In this document: positions 31,080 to 40,285 of the stretch, in pieces | Layout: each line of letters begins with the position of its first letter | How positions within the stretch are numbered: position 1 is the stretch's first letter | Assembly (NCBI GenBank): GCA_041586155.1 | Contig: JBFHAT010000009.1 | Span: 20,826 to 84,825, forward strand | Direction: 5' to 3' | Origin: Acidimicrobiia bacterium | GTDB taxonomy: Bacteria > Actinomycetota > Acidimicrobiia > Spongiisociales > JAENVV01 | Length of the DNA stretch: 64,000 nucleotides | Position numbers and translations under genes: made by a program | Notes under the pieces: model-generated | Database searches by the model: none | Told to the model about the DNA's origin: nothing | What the model saw: only the letters and a program-made list of their open reading frames with translations

Positions 31080-31113
31080 GACGACGGCGGGCCGGTAGCG
31101 GCCCGCCGTCGTC
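31080..31113. promoter_or_regulatory. Perfect 14-bp-stem hairpin gacgacggcgggcc-ggtagc-ggcccgccgtcgtc in the divergent CPBP/DLH promoter region
   Basis: Seen directly 30 nt upstream of the CPBP start codon. Possible operator or attenuator. Confidence 0.35.
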
Positions 31114-31405
31114 AGTGGCGGAGGAGGCTAATTGCCTGTGCGCAATCACTACATTGCGACGGTCGGACCCTAGAACGACTTGATGAACGGATCCTGAATC
31201 CGGCCGTCCGGTGAATTTGCGACGACGCGTCGGCCGGCCGGATGCTTGACTCGGGTACGACCGCCCCCGCGGTGACCGGCAGGACGGCATCGGCTGGCTC
31301 TCCTCATCGGTTGGACACTGCCCTTCGTCGGTCGCGCAGCCAGTCGCCGCAGGTCGCCGCTGCCGGGTCGCTGCCGGCGGGGCTCGGAGGGAAAAGGAGA
31401 CGTGA

Positions 31406-32086
31406 ATGGGTGAAATCGTCCGGTTCGCCAGCAATGCGAAGACCGCCGAAGGCTATCTGGCGCTACCACCTCTGGGGGCGGGTCCGGCGGTGGTGGTCAT
31501 CCAGGAATGGTGGGGCCTGGTTCCGCACATCAGGGACGTTGCCGACCGGCTCGCGGCCGAGGGCTTCGTTGCGTTGGCGCCCGACCTCTACCACGGGAAG
31601 ACGACCACCGAGCCCGACGAAGCCGGCAAGATGATGATGAACCTCCAGCTCGAGACAGCGGCCAAGGACATGGCAGGGGCGATCGACTATCTACTCGGGC
31701 TCGACGCCACCACGGGCGCCGCTGCCGGAGCCATCGGATTCTGTATGGGCGGGGGACTGGTGTTGTGGCTTTCCACACTCGAGCCCCGTGTCGCCGCCTG
31801 CGTCCCCTTCTACGGAGCCATACCGTGGGATCAGGTCCAGCCCGACTATGAGCAAGCCGGAGCTGCGTATCTGGGTCACTACGCCGTCAATGACGCGTGG
31901 GCGACCATCGACGGTGCCCGTCGCCTCGAGCAGCATCTCACCGCGATCGGCAAGGAGGTCGAGATGCATTACTACGAAGGAACCGACCACGCCTTCTTCA
32001 ACGACGACCGGCCCGAGGTGTACGATCCGAGCGCTGCCGCGCTTGCTTGGGAACGCACGCTCGCCTTCCTCCGTGGCCGTTTGTGA
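31406..32086 (+). CDS. Dienelactone hydrolase family protein
   Basis: 226 aa. Nucleophile context GFCMGG. RBS aaaaggag. Confidence 0.75.
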   Translation: MGEIVRFASNAKTAEGYLALPPLGAGPAVVVIQEWWGLVPHIRDVADRLAAEGFVALAPDLYHGKTTTEPDEAGKMMMNLQLETAAKDMAGAIDYLLGLDATTGAAAGAIGFCMGGGLVLWLSTLEPRVAACVPFYGAIPWDQVQPDYEQAGAAYLGHYAVNDAWATIDGARRLEQHLTAIGKEVEMHYYEGTDHAFFNDDRPEVYDPSAAALAWERTLAFLRGRL

Positions 32087-32673
32087 GTGATCCGGGCCCT
32101 GACGCATGGTCGAGACGGTATGCCCAGGCCAACACGCCGTGGGATCTGGGTGCGGCCCACCCCGAGCTGGAGCGTCGACTCGAGATCGACCCCGCCCTGG
32201 GCGTGGGAGAGCTGGGCCACGCCTACGTGCCCGGGTGCGGCCGAGGCCACGACGCACTCGCCCTGGCGCTCGCAGGGTGGATGGTGGTCGCCGCCGATTT
32301 TGCTGAAATTCTCGCCAGCATCGTCACGGCCGCCTTGGCGCCGCACGGTGGGCTGTTCGTCGATGGCGATGCACTCGCCGTGGACCTCGAGGTCGATCTC
32401 TGGTTCGACCACACCTTCTTCTGTGCGCTTCCGCCCCAACGGCGCGCAGAACACGGCCGGCGGGCGAGTGAAGTCGTCCGGCCGGGCGGCTGCTTGGTTG
32501 CGATCGTGTTCCCCATCGGCATGCATCCTCAGCACGGCCCGCCCTATCCGATGACGGTCGCCGCACTCGGCGACGTCTTGGGTGACACGTTCACCCTCGA
32601 GGTCGACGAGCCCATCGTGCACGGTCGAGCGCGGAGTGCATCCGAGCGTTGGGCGATGTGGCGGCGGGTGTGA
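32083..32673 (+). CDS. SAM-dependent methyltransferase, thiopurine-S-methyltransferase-like
   Basis: GTG 32083 forms a GTGA overlap with the DLH stop. AYVPGCGRGHDALALA SAM-binding loop. Confidence 0.55.
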   Translation: MSDPGPDAWSRRYAQANTPWDLGAAHPELERRLEIDPALGVGELGHAYVPGCGRGHDALALALAGWMVVAADFAEILASIVTAALAPHGGLFVDGDALAVDLEVDLWFDHTFFCALPPQRRAEHGRRASEVVRPGGCLVAIVFPIGMHPQHGPPYPMTVAALGDVLGDTFTLEVDEPIVHGRARSASERWAMWRRV

Positions 32674-33317
32674 TGTCGGCCTACATTCCGTCTGTGACGG
32701 CAACACCGGAGAGAGGGCGAGCCATCCCCAATCGTGACGTGGCGCGCGCCCTGCCGTCGTCGCTCCTTTGGTCGTATGCCAGCATCTTGGCCGCAGCCGT
32801 GCTACTCGCCGCCGTCGGCATCCTCGCATTTGCCATGTACGGGGGCTTGTGGATCTTCGATCGGGGCAGACCGGTCGCCGTCCCCGCCTGGGAAGCACTG
32901 TCGGTGGCGGCATGGGTGGCCGGGCCAGTGGCGCTGGCCGGAGCGGTTTGGGGTGCGGCTTACGCGTCGACACTCGACCGCTCGGTACCTCGAACGATGG
33001 TCGGCACAGTCGTCGCGTTGATGGTTGGCGCCGGCCTCCTGGCGTTGGGATCCAGCGGATTCGCAGTGGCATCGCTGGCCATGGGCTGGGCCATCGCCAT
33101 TCCGTCCGATTCATTCGGCCGGGTGGGAGCGCGCGGCCTCGTGCCGGTGTTCGCAGCGTTGGCGCTGCTGGCCGCTGAATTCGGCCGGATTCGAGAGTTG
33201 AGATTGTGGCAGGTGATGGTGGCGGTGGGGCTGTCCCCGCTCCTCGCTGCGCTCTGGGTGTGGGTTTCCGACGCCTTGTGGACCGCTGCGGCCGCCGCAC
33301 GGAGCGGCGGCGACTGA
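32673..33317 (+). CDS. Hypothetical polytopic membrane protein
   Basis: ATG 32673 overlaps the upstream stop (TGATG). About 6 hydrophobic helices. Confidence 0.45.
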   Translation: MSAYIPSVTATPERGRAIPNRDVARALPSSLLWSYASILAAAVLLAAVGILAFAMYGGLWIFDRGRPVAVPAWEALSVAAWVAGPVALAGAVWGAAYASTLDRSVPRTMVGTVVALMVGAGLLALGSSGFAVASLAMGWAIAIPSDSFGRVGARGLVPVFAALALLAAEFGRIRELRLWQVMVAVGLSPLLAALWVWVSDALWTAAAAARSGGD

Positions 33318-33380
33318 GCCCGAAACCGTGGAACCCACTCGTTGCTACCGTGGTTTACCCGAGAGAGCACGGAGGGTGAG

Positions 33381-33986
33381 ATGACGAGCGCATACATCTT
33401 TGCAGCTGCCATCGGTTGGCCGCTTCTCGCCATCATGCTGTTCTTCGGCGGCGACTCCGATTTCGATCTCGATGCAGACGTCGATCTCGACCTCGACCTC
33501 GACATGGACGCCGACCTCGACACGGACCTCGATCTGGCCCACGGCGGCTTCGGCGACGTCTTTACCTCGATGCTCTCGATCCGCTCACTGATCTTCTTCG
33601 CCGCCTTCTTCGGCGCAGCCGGCCTGCTGTTCGGGATCGGCAGCGACTCGGATCTCGCCGTCTTGATCCTGGCGCTCGGATTTGGCGTTCTCGGAGCGTT
33701 CGCCAACGGATGGCTCACCACATGGTTGAAGAGGTCGACGACGTCGAGCATTCGCACTCGGCGAGACATCGAGGGTCAGGCCGCCCGGGTGACCGTGCCG
33801 CTCGGAGCGGATCACAAAGGACAAGTGGCGGTGATGATCGAGGGCCAGCCCGTTCGCATGACGGCGGCACCTTTTCGGGCGAGGGACGTGTTCGAGGTCG
33901 GAGATCAGGTCGTCGTCGTCGAGCTCGACGAGCGTGGTACGGCGCTCATCGCTCGACTCGATGAGCTTGCCCACGGAGATGGCTGA
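33381..33986 (+). CDS. NfeD-family membrane protein (flotillin partner) with acidic (D-L-D)n N-terminal tract
   Basis: RBS ggagggtgag, ATG 33381. C-terminal OB-fold-like GQAARVTVPL...GDQVVVVELDERG. N-terminus GGDSDFDLDADVDLDLDLDMDADLDTDLDL. Confidence 0.6.
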   Translation: MTSAYIFAAAIGWPLLAIMLFFGGDSDFDLDADVDLDLDLDMDADLDTDLDLAHGGFGDVFTSMLSIRSLIFFAAFFGAAGLLFGIGSDSDLAVLILALGFGVLGAFANGWLTTWLKRSTTSSIRTRRDIEGQAARVTVPLGADHKGQVAVMIEGQPVRMTAAPFRARDVFEVGDQVVVVELDERGTALIARLDELAHGDG

Positions 33987-34011
33987 AAACGGGTAAAGAA
34001 AGGAAGAGTTC

Positions 34012-35337
34012 ATGTGGTTTCTGATCGGCGGGTTACTGGTCGTCGTGTTGATCGTGATGGTGATCGCGGTAGCCAGCAACTTGGTCGTCGTCGTCCCGCC
34101 GAACCGGGTTGCGGTGATCTCGGGTAAGGGAGCGAAGGGCTACCGAATCATCAGAGGTGGTCGGGCATATCGCATCCCGATCTTCGAGCAGATCGAGTGG
34201 ATGGATCTCAGCACGCTGGCGATCGATGTCTCGGTGCACAACGCCTACTCGAAGGGAACGATCCCTCTCAACGTGCAGGGCATCGCCAACGTCAAGGTAT
34301 CCAGCCAGCCGGGAGTGCTCGAGAACGCCATCGAGCGGTTCTTGGGTCGTCCTACCGACATCGTTGCCCAGATTGCCAAAGAGACCTTGGAAGCCAATCT
34401 GCGCGGTGTCTTGGCGACCCTCACGCCCGAAGAGGTCAACCAAGATCGGCTCAAGTTCGCCAGCACGCTGATCGATGAGGCCGACGACGATGTCCGGACG
34501 CTCGGACTGGATCTCGACGTGCTCAAGATCCAGAACGTGACGGACGAGGTGGGTTACCTCGAGTCGGTCGGGCGCAAGCAGACGGCCGCCGTCATCAAGG
34601 ACGCCCGTGTGGCCGAAGCCGAGCGAAAGGCCGAAGCTGAGGAGAACGAGGCGGATGCTCGACGCCGCGCCGAGACGGCACGGGTAGGGGCCGACCTGGC
34701 CATCGTGGAGAAGGAGAACCTGCTCCGGGTCCGGACGGCCGAGCTCGAAGCAGAGGCGATCGTGAAGGAGGAGCAGGCCAAAGTTGCCGGTGAGAAGGCC
34801 CGTGCAGTCGCAGAGCAAGAACTCGAGACCGAGCGGATCGAGCTGCAACGCCGGAGACTCGAAGCAGACGTGATCACTCCTGCGCGGGCCCGCAAAGAAG
34901 CGGCCGAGCTGGATGCCAAGGGACAGGCCGCCAAGATCATCGAGGATGGAAGCGCACAGATCGAGGTGTTCAACCGACTCGTCCAGCAGTACCGGGCGGC
35001 AGGTGCAAATGCCGAGAAGATCTTCGTGCTGAACATGTTGCCTGAGCTGCTCGGCCAGATCACGGAAACGGTCAAGGGCGTGAAGATCGACCGCGTCTCG
35101 GTGATCGACAGTGGCGGGAACGGTGGCTCCGAAGGGATTCCGTCGCTGATGGCCCAACTGCCGGCCTCTGTGATCAAGATCACAGAGCAGATCGAGAACG
35201 CTACTGGCATCAACATCCTGTCGGCGCTGAATCGTTCGACACCGACCGAGGTCGAGCCGTCCGCTGCACAGGAGTCCGCTGCACAGGAAGCGGTCGAGGA
35301 AGAGCAAGGGTCGCCACCACCGCCGCCTGCGGAGTGA
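34012..35337 (+). CDS. Flotillin / SPFH (band-7) family protein, YqiK/FloA-like
   Basis: RBS aaaggaag, ATG 34012. N-terminal TM, SPFH domain, long Ala/Glu-rich coiled coil. 441 aa. Confidence 0.8.
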   Translation: MWFLIGGLLVVVLIVMVIAVASNLVVVVPPNRVAVISGKGAKGYRIIRGGRAYRIPIFEQIEWMDLSTLAIDVSVHNAYSKGTIPLNVQGIANVKVSSQPGVLENAIERFLGRPTDIVAQIAKETLEANLRGVLATLTPEEVNQDRLKFASTLIDEADDDVRTLGLDLDVLKIQNVTDEVGYLESVGRKQTAAVIKDARVAEAERKAEAEENEADARRRAETARVGADLAIVEKENLLRVRTAELEAEAIVKEEQAKVAGEKARAVAEQELETERIELQRRRLEADVITPARARKEAAELDAKGQAAKIIEDGSAQIEVFNRLVQQYRAAGANAEKIFVLNMLPELLGQITETVKGVKIDRVSVIDSGGNGGSEGIPSLMAQLPASVIKITEQIENATGINILSALNRSTPTEVEPSAAQESAAQEAVEEEQGSPPPPPAE

Positions 35338-35427
35338 CGTGATTGTTCGGGTGGGCCGCCGGGATCCGGCGGCCCACCGCTCGAGAGGCATGTTGCCCGC
35401 ACTTCGACAACTATCCTCCGCTCCCTG

Positions 35428-36426
35428 ATGGCCCGATTACGTCTCTTCGCCAACCTGCGCGAGCTCGCAGGCGTCGCCGCGGTTGAGATGGCAGGCGACA
35501 CGGTGGGGGAAGTGCTGCGAGCTGCCACCGAGACCTTTGGGCCGGCCTTTGCCAACGGGGTGGCCCATTCCAAGATCTGGCTGAACGGCGAGCCGGCGCA
35601 CGAGGCCGATCCCGTCACTGACGATGACGAGCTGGCGATCATCCCGCCGGTTTCCGGGGGGGTGCTGGCCGGCGTCGAGCCTTCGACGATCGTGTGGGTG
35701 GTGGCGGCGACGATAGTCGTGGCGGTGGCAAACGCCTTCTCTTCGGCTGCGGTGTTCGCTGCGGCGCTGATCGGAGTCACTGCTTTCTGGGCAGTGGACC
35801 TGTGGAGAGAGACCGGAGAAGGAGGCCTCGATCTTCAATTGGGGCCGATCCTGGCCACTGCACTGATCGGCGCCATCGCGGCGCTGGGGGCGCCGGGCGT
35901 GGGCGACCGATTCAGCGGATTTGGCATCGTTCTCGTGTTCGCCGTGTTCACCATGCTCGCCTGGGCGGTCGTCGTGCCGGAGGCTCGCGATCTCACCGTC
36001 GTCGGCGTCACGCTGACCGTGCAACTGGTCGTGGGCTTCGCGGCAGCCTCGATGATCACCATCCGCATAGGAGAGGGCGGCGCCCGCATCGTGGGGGTGT
36101 TCCTCATCCAGGTGGTCGTCGCCACCCTGGCGACGTGGCTCGCCACCCGACTGGCGATTCCCTACCTCGACCCGTATGTGGCAGGTGCCGCCGGGGCAGT
36201 GGTGGCCGGTCTCGCCGCCGCCGCGGTCTGGGACCTGTCGTTGGTGGCGTACCTGCTGGTTGGTGCGGTGGTGGCCCTGGCACTGATCGGCGGGCGAGGC
36301 TTCGGAGCGATGTGCCGGACTGGCGAGGTGTATCTGGTGGATCGCCCTCCAGGCCTGCTGTCCGATCTCGATGGCCCTATCGTCGCTGCCGCCGCGTTCC
36401 TGCCCGTGCTGCTGCTGGTCAGCTGA
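35428..36426 (+). CDS. Fusion: MoaD/ThiS-like beta-grasp domain ending ...PPVSGG, in frame with a ~250-aa polytopic membrane domain
   Basis: First 78 aa align to the MoaD pattern (MxxLxxFAxLRELxG ... DDELAIIPPVSGG). Immediately continues into 6-7 hydrophobic helices. G7 homopolymer 35656-35662 and an in-frame GTG at 35662 sit at the junction. Confidence 0.55.
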   Translation: MARLRLFANLRELAGVAAVEMAGDTVGEVLRAATETFGPAFANGVAHSKIWLNGEPAHEADPVTDDDELAIIPPVSGGVLAGVEPSTIVWVVAATIVVAVANAFSSAAVFAAALIGVTAFWAVDLWRETGEGGLDLQLGPILATALIGAIAALGAPGVGDRFSGFGIVLVFAVFTMLAWAVVVPEARDLTVVGVTLTVQLVVGFAAASMITIRIGEGGARIVGVFLIQVVVATLATWLATRLAIPYLDPYVAGAAGAVVAGLAAAAVWDLSLVAYLLVGAVVALALIGGRGFGAMCRTGEVYLVDRPPGLLSDLDGPIVAAAAFLPVLLLVS

Positions 36427-36774
36427 GCGCTCGACCGACCGCCAGACCGAGCGCCGCCAGTGCCAGGCCGGCGATCGTCGACACGAACACGTTGAGCGTC
36501 GCCCATTGCGGCCGACCGGCCTCCCACAACTCCACTGACTGGAGCGCGTACGTGCTGAACGTCGTGAATCCCCCGAGCAGCCCGACGGTGACGCCGTTGC
36601 GCAACGCCGGATCCACCGACCTAGCCGCCAGGTAACCGACGACTCCTCCCAGCAGGAACGAGCCGGCGAGATTCACCGCCCACGTCCCACCGGCGCGTTG
36701 GTCGTCGTCCACTGGCCCAGGTACCAGCGGGCGATCGAGCCGAGTGCGCCGCCCAGTGCGATGAACGTTGTCAT
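36419..36774 (-). pseudogene. crcB: Fluoride channel crcB/fluC, interrupted by an apparent 1-nt frameshift
   Basis: ATG 36774 gives MTTFIALGGALGSIARWYLGQWTTTNAPVGRGR then a stop. The adjacent frame continues (G)TWAVNLAGSFLLGG...GLLGGFTTFST. The two pieces together make one full-length CrcB (~118 aa). Confidence 0.6.
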
Positions 36775-36840
36775 CGCATCGGGCGACGTTAGCGACGCGA
36801 TCGTTTCAATCCGGGTAACCGGTGAGTACCCTACGGCCCG

Positions 36841-37932
36841 ATGCGTCGAGCATCTCCACGACTCGTTCTGGCCCTCACGATGCTCTTTCTCGTTGTCGTC
36901 GCGGCACCTGCCTCGTCGGTCACCGAGGACGAGGTCAAGTCGGCGTGTGCTGACAGCGAAGCCGCGCTCGCGCTGTTCGACGACGCTCAGCATCGGTTCG
37001 ACTCCGCCACCGCCGCTTACAACGAGGTTTCCTCGGAGTTGGAGGACGTGGCGTACCGACAGCTCGGCCTCCGCGCCCTGATCGACGAGAGGGAGGGCGA
37101 AGTGCATGAGACGCGCCAGGCCGTCAAGGAGAGGGCGGTCGAGGTGTACATGGCCGGCGGGCTCCCGGGGACCGAGGTCATCTTCGCCACGGAAAATGTC
37201 TCAGAGTTCTTGATCGCGGCAGAGCTGCTCGACGCGGTCACCAATCGTGATCTCGCTTCGGCCAGCCAACTGACTGCCCTCGCCAACGATGCGCAGCGTC
37301 TGCGAGACGAGCTACTGGTGTCGCAGACGCTCCTGGCCGAGCTACGGGCCGAGGCCGAGGACTTCCAGGTGGAGATGGAACAAGCGCTCGTGCAGGCGTC
37401 GAACTCCTACCAGGACCTGTCGGCTGAGTGTTCTCGCAAGCGGGAGGAGTACCAGCAGCAGCTCGCGCGGGAGCGAGCAGCTGCGGCGGCCCGCGCCGCC
37501 GGAGCCGCCGGTGGGCTGCCACCTGAGGCGACCCCGGGTTTCATTTGCCCGATGGCGCCCCCGATCTCGTTCATCAACGACTGGGGGTTCCCCCGCTCGG
37601 GTGGTCGCACCCACAAAGGCACCGACGTGTTCGCCGCGATGGGTCATCCTCAGGTGGCCGTGGCCGACGGCGTGGTCGAGCTGCGCAGCGGCGGGTTGGG
37701 GGGTGTGGCCGTCTGGATACGGTCTGATTACGGTGTCAAGTACTATTACGCCCACCTGAGCGCATATGCGCAGGGTCTGAGCAACGGTCAGCGCGTCGCC
37801 AAGGGTGACGTGGTCGGATACAACGGCAACACCGGGAATGCGCGCGGCGGAGCCCCGCATTTGCATTTCGGGATCGAACCGGTCGGTGGCGGCTGGGTCA
37901 ATCCGTATCCGACGCTGGCCCGCAACTGCTAG
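36841..37932 (+). CDS. M23-family (LytM-type) peptidoglycan endopeptidase with N-terminal signal and coiled coil
   Basis: HKGTDVFAAMGHP ... GNARGGAPHLHFGIEP. 363 aa. Confidence 0.75.
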   Translation: MRRASPRLVLALTMLFLVVVAAPASSVTEDEVKSACADSEAALALFDDAQHRFDSATAAYNEVSSELEDVAYRQLGLRALIDEREGEVHETRQAVKERAVEVYMAGGLPGTEVIFATENVSEFLIAAELLDAVTNRDLASASQLTALANDAQRLRDELLVSQTLLAELRAEAEDFQVEMEQALVQASNSYQDLSAECSRKREEYQQQLARERAAAAARAAGAAGGLPPEATPGFICPMAPPISFINDWGFPRSGGRTHKGTDVFAAMGHPQVAVADGVVELRSGGLGGVAVWIRSDYGVKYYYAHLSAYAQGLSNGQRVAKGDVVGYNGNTGNARGGAPHLHFGIEPVGGGWVNPYPTLARNC

Positions 37933-37936
37933 GAGC

Positions 37937-38470
37937 ATGGACTTGGAACAACATCGACGCCGTCTCGATCAGATTCTCGACCCGTCGTTCGTGGAGGGGC
38001 TCGAAGACCTCCCCCTCGACGAGTTGCGTCATCGCCGAGCGATGGCCAACGACGTCGAAACCGAGCTGTCGTTCTACCGCCGCATGCTGCACGGGAGAAT
38101 GGACCTGCTCAACTTCGAGCTGAGCAGGCGCCGCGGCGACGAGACGAGATCCCTCATCGAAGCCCTGCCTGAGATCCTCGCAGCCGGAGAGACGACCGGC
38201 GGCAACGTGGGAAGGGTACGGGGTGACTTCTTTCCCTTCCTCCCCGACGAGCGTCGCCGGCCCATCGACGACGTACTGGAGGACGACTTCCTGACGCGAA
38301 TGGCCGAGTTCTCAGACTCGGAGCTGTCAGAGATCCAGTCGACGTTGGCCGACACCGAAGCCGAGATCTCAACGAGCCGGCGCCAAGTCCAAGACGTCTT
38401 CGATCATCTTCACGCCCACATCACCGGCCGCTATCGGGAAGACCTGGACGACAAGCTGCCCCAGTCTTGA
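37937..38470 (+). CDS. Conserved hypothetical acidic coiled-coil protein
   Basis: RBS aggag, ATG 37937. About 177 aa. Confidence 0.45.
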   Translation: MDLEQHRRRLDQILDPSFVEGLEDLPLDELRHRRAMANDVETELSFYRRMLHGRMDLLNFELSRRRGDETRSLIEALPEILAAGETTGGNVGRVRGDFFPFLPDERRRPIDDVLEDDFLTRMAEFSDSELSEIQSTLADTEAEISTSRRQVQDVFDHLHAHITGRYREDLDDKLPQS

Positions 38471-39411
38471 CGGTCCTGGCCGAAGTACGCCGAAACGGCG
38501 TCCTTGAAGCCGAACACCGCGGCGCGGCCATGTTCCGATCAGTGGACGGCCTCGACCCGGTAGCGATCGGCGACGTCGATCGGCCGTTCTTCGTTCGATC
38601 GGCCGCCAAGCCCTTTCAGGCATTGGTGGCACTCGACGTGGGGGCATCGCTCACCGATCAGCAGCTGGCGGTGGCTTGTTCCAGCCATGGTGGTTTTCCT
38701 GCGCACGTTGCGTACGTGAGGTCCATCTTGGAGGAGGCGGGCCTGCATGAGGACATGCTCCGAACCCCTCCCGATTGGCCGCTCGATCGTGAGGCGCGAG
38801 ACCACTGGGTTGTTCGCGGCAAGCGTCCGGCGCCCATCTTCCACAACTGCTCTGGCAAGCATGCTGCGATGCTCGCCGCCTGTCGGGCGGCGGGATGGGA
38901 GGTCGCCACCTACACCGACCAGGAGCATCCTCTGCAGCTCCGGATACGGGAGCTGTGGGAGGATCTGACCAAGGCTCCGGTTGACGCGGTCGGTGTTGAT
39001 GGCTGTGGAGCTCCTGTCTTCACGACCACCGTTCGCCAGCTGGCCGGCCTGTATGCACGCCTCGCTGCAGAGCCTCGTTTCGAACGGGTGTGGTGGGCAA
39101 TGCACCGCTACCCGGCGCTGGCAGCCAGTAACGGCCGGATCGACGAGCGGATCGGCAAGACGATCGATGCGGCCGCCAAGATCGGGGCGGAAGGATGTAT
39201 CGGCGTTGCGATCCGGCATCACGGCGGTGCGGTGGTGAAATCTTGGGACGGGACGGATCGTGGCATGCAGGCGGGAATCATCGGCCTGCTTCGGCTGTTG
39301 GGGATGGCGGTCGGCGCGGCCGCGGATCGTTTGGTGCCCGGCCCGGCGGTGCTGGGTGGGGGCACGGCGCAAGGATCGATCGAACTGAAGGGTTTCGATG
39401 TCCACACCTGA
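38467..39411 (+). CDS. Asparaginase II-family protein
   Basis: TTG 38467 overlaps the upstream stop. HNCSGKHAAMLAAC motif. Confidence 0.6.
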   Translation: MTVLAEVRRNGVLEAEHRGAAMFRSVDGLDPVAIGDVDRPFFVRSAAKPFQALVALDVGASLTDQQLAVACSSHGGFPAHVAYVRSILEEAGLHEDMLRTPPDWPLDREARDHWVVRGKRPAPIFHNCSGKHAAMLAACRAAGWEVATYTDQEHPLQLRIRELWEDLTKAPVDAVGVDGCGAPVFTTTVRQLAGLYARLAAEPRFERVWWAMHRYPALAASNGRIDERIGKTIDAAAKIGAEGCIGVAIRHHGGAVVKSWDGTDRGMQAGIIGLLRLLGMAVGAAADRLVPGPAVLGGGTAQGSIELKGFDVHT

Positions 39412-40285
39412 GCTGCATCCGGTCGCTCCGGCCATCGGGCCTTTCGCATCGGCTGAGTTCCTCGAAGCCGTCGTCGGGGTGGGCCCTGATCCGGGCATCT
39501 TCGTTCTCCGGACGTCACCGACGGGCATGGTTGGTTTCGAGCGACGGCCCGAGCTCCTCAGCCTGGCCGGCCACGAGGACCTGGTCGACTACCGCTCGCC
39601 GCGAGGCGCCGGCAGCCCCGAACTCGTGGAGGTCGAGATGGCAGGGCTCGAGCCCGGAACGCGGTATGTCTTCGACTCCCTCCCTTCCGAGGCGGCTGAT
39701 GTCTTCTGCCGGACGTTGCGCGCGCTCGGGCTGGAATTCCTCGAAGAGATACACGCGGCGACCGCAGTCCTCGAGCTTCCGCCGACCTACGACGAGTACC
39801 TGGCTCGCCTCAGCAAGAAAGAACGGCATGAACTGAGGCGAAAAAGCCGCCGTTACATCGAAGCGATCGGCGAGACCACATTCGTACACGCCGCAGAGGC
39901 GGGAGAGCTGTTTGAGCAATTCATCCGATTCCACCGTCGGTCACCTGGCGAAAAAGGCAAGTTCATGACGCCAGGAATGGAGTCGTTCTTTGGCGAGCTG
40001 TTGGCGATGCCGGGATGGGGCATCGATGCCCTCGTCGACGATCGTGGGGCTGTCACGGCCGCCGGCTTCGGGTACCAGGACGACGACGGTTACTTCCTCT
40101 ACAACTCGGCGTATGATCCCGATCACGCCGACGCGTCACCGGGGGTGGTCCTCCTCGCCAGGCTGATCGAGCTGACCATCGAGCGAGGTTCGGCCATCTT
40201 CGATTTCCTGAAGGGGGACGAACCGTACAAACAACGGCTCGGGGCCCGGCCGCGGCCTCTGCATAGGATCAGTGGTGTCACATGA
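39398..40285 (+). CDS. GNAT-fold acyltransferase, CelD/BioF2-like (Acetyltransf_6)
   Basis: 295 aa. Overlaps the asparaginase end by 14 nt and is overlapped by mshA by 4 nt. Confidence 0.5.
   Translation: MSTPELHPVAPAIGPFASAEFLEAVVGVGPDPGIFVLRTSPTGMVGFERRPELLSLAGHEDLVDYRSPRGAGSPELVEVEMAGLEPGTRYVFDSLPSEAADVFCRTLRALGLEFLEEIHAATAVLELPPTYDEYLARLSKKERHELRRKSRRYIEAIGETTFVHAAEAGELFEQFIRFHRRSPGEKGKFMTPGMESFFGELLAMPGWGIDALVDDRGAVTAAGFGYQDDDGYFLYNSAYDPDHADASPGVVLLARLIELTIERGSAIFDFLKGDEPYKQRLGARPRPLHRISGVT

Noticed and set aside
31972-33300. 442-aa minus-strand ORF
   Set aside because: Pro/Arg-rich and antisense across three plus-strand genes.
34033-35391. 452-aa minus-strand ORF
   Set aside because: Antisense to the flotillin gene. 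Arg/Leu/Asp-rich shadow frame.
35694-36635. 313-aa plus-strand ORF in the alternative frame of the MoaD-membrane gene
   Set aside because: Arg/Gly-rich. The hydrophobic frame (35428..36426) is the coding one.
36673-37107. 144-aa minus-strand ORF
   Set aside because: Only its last 34 codons (crcB N-terminus from ATG 36774) look coding. The rest is antisense to the M23 peptidase 5' region.
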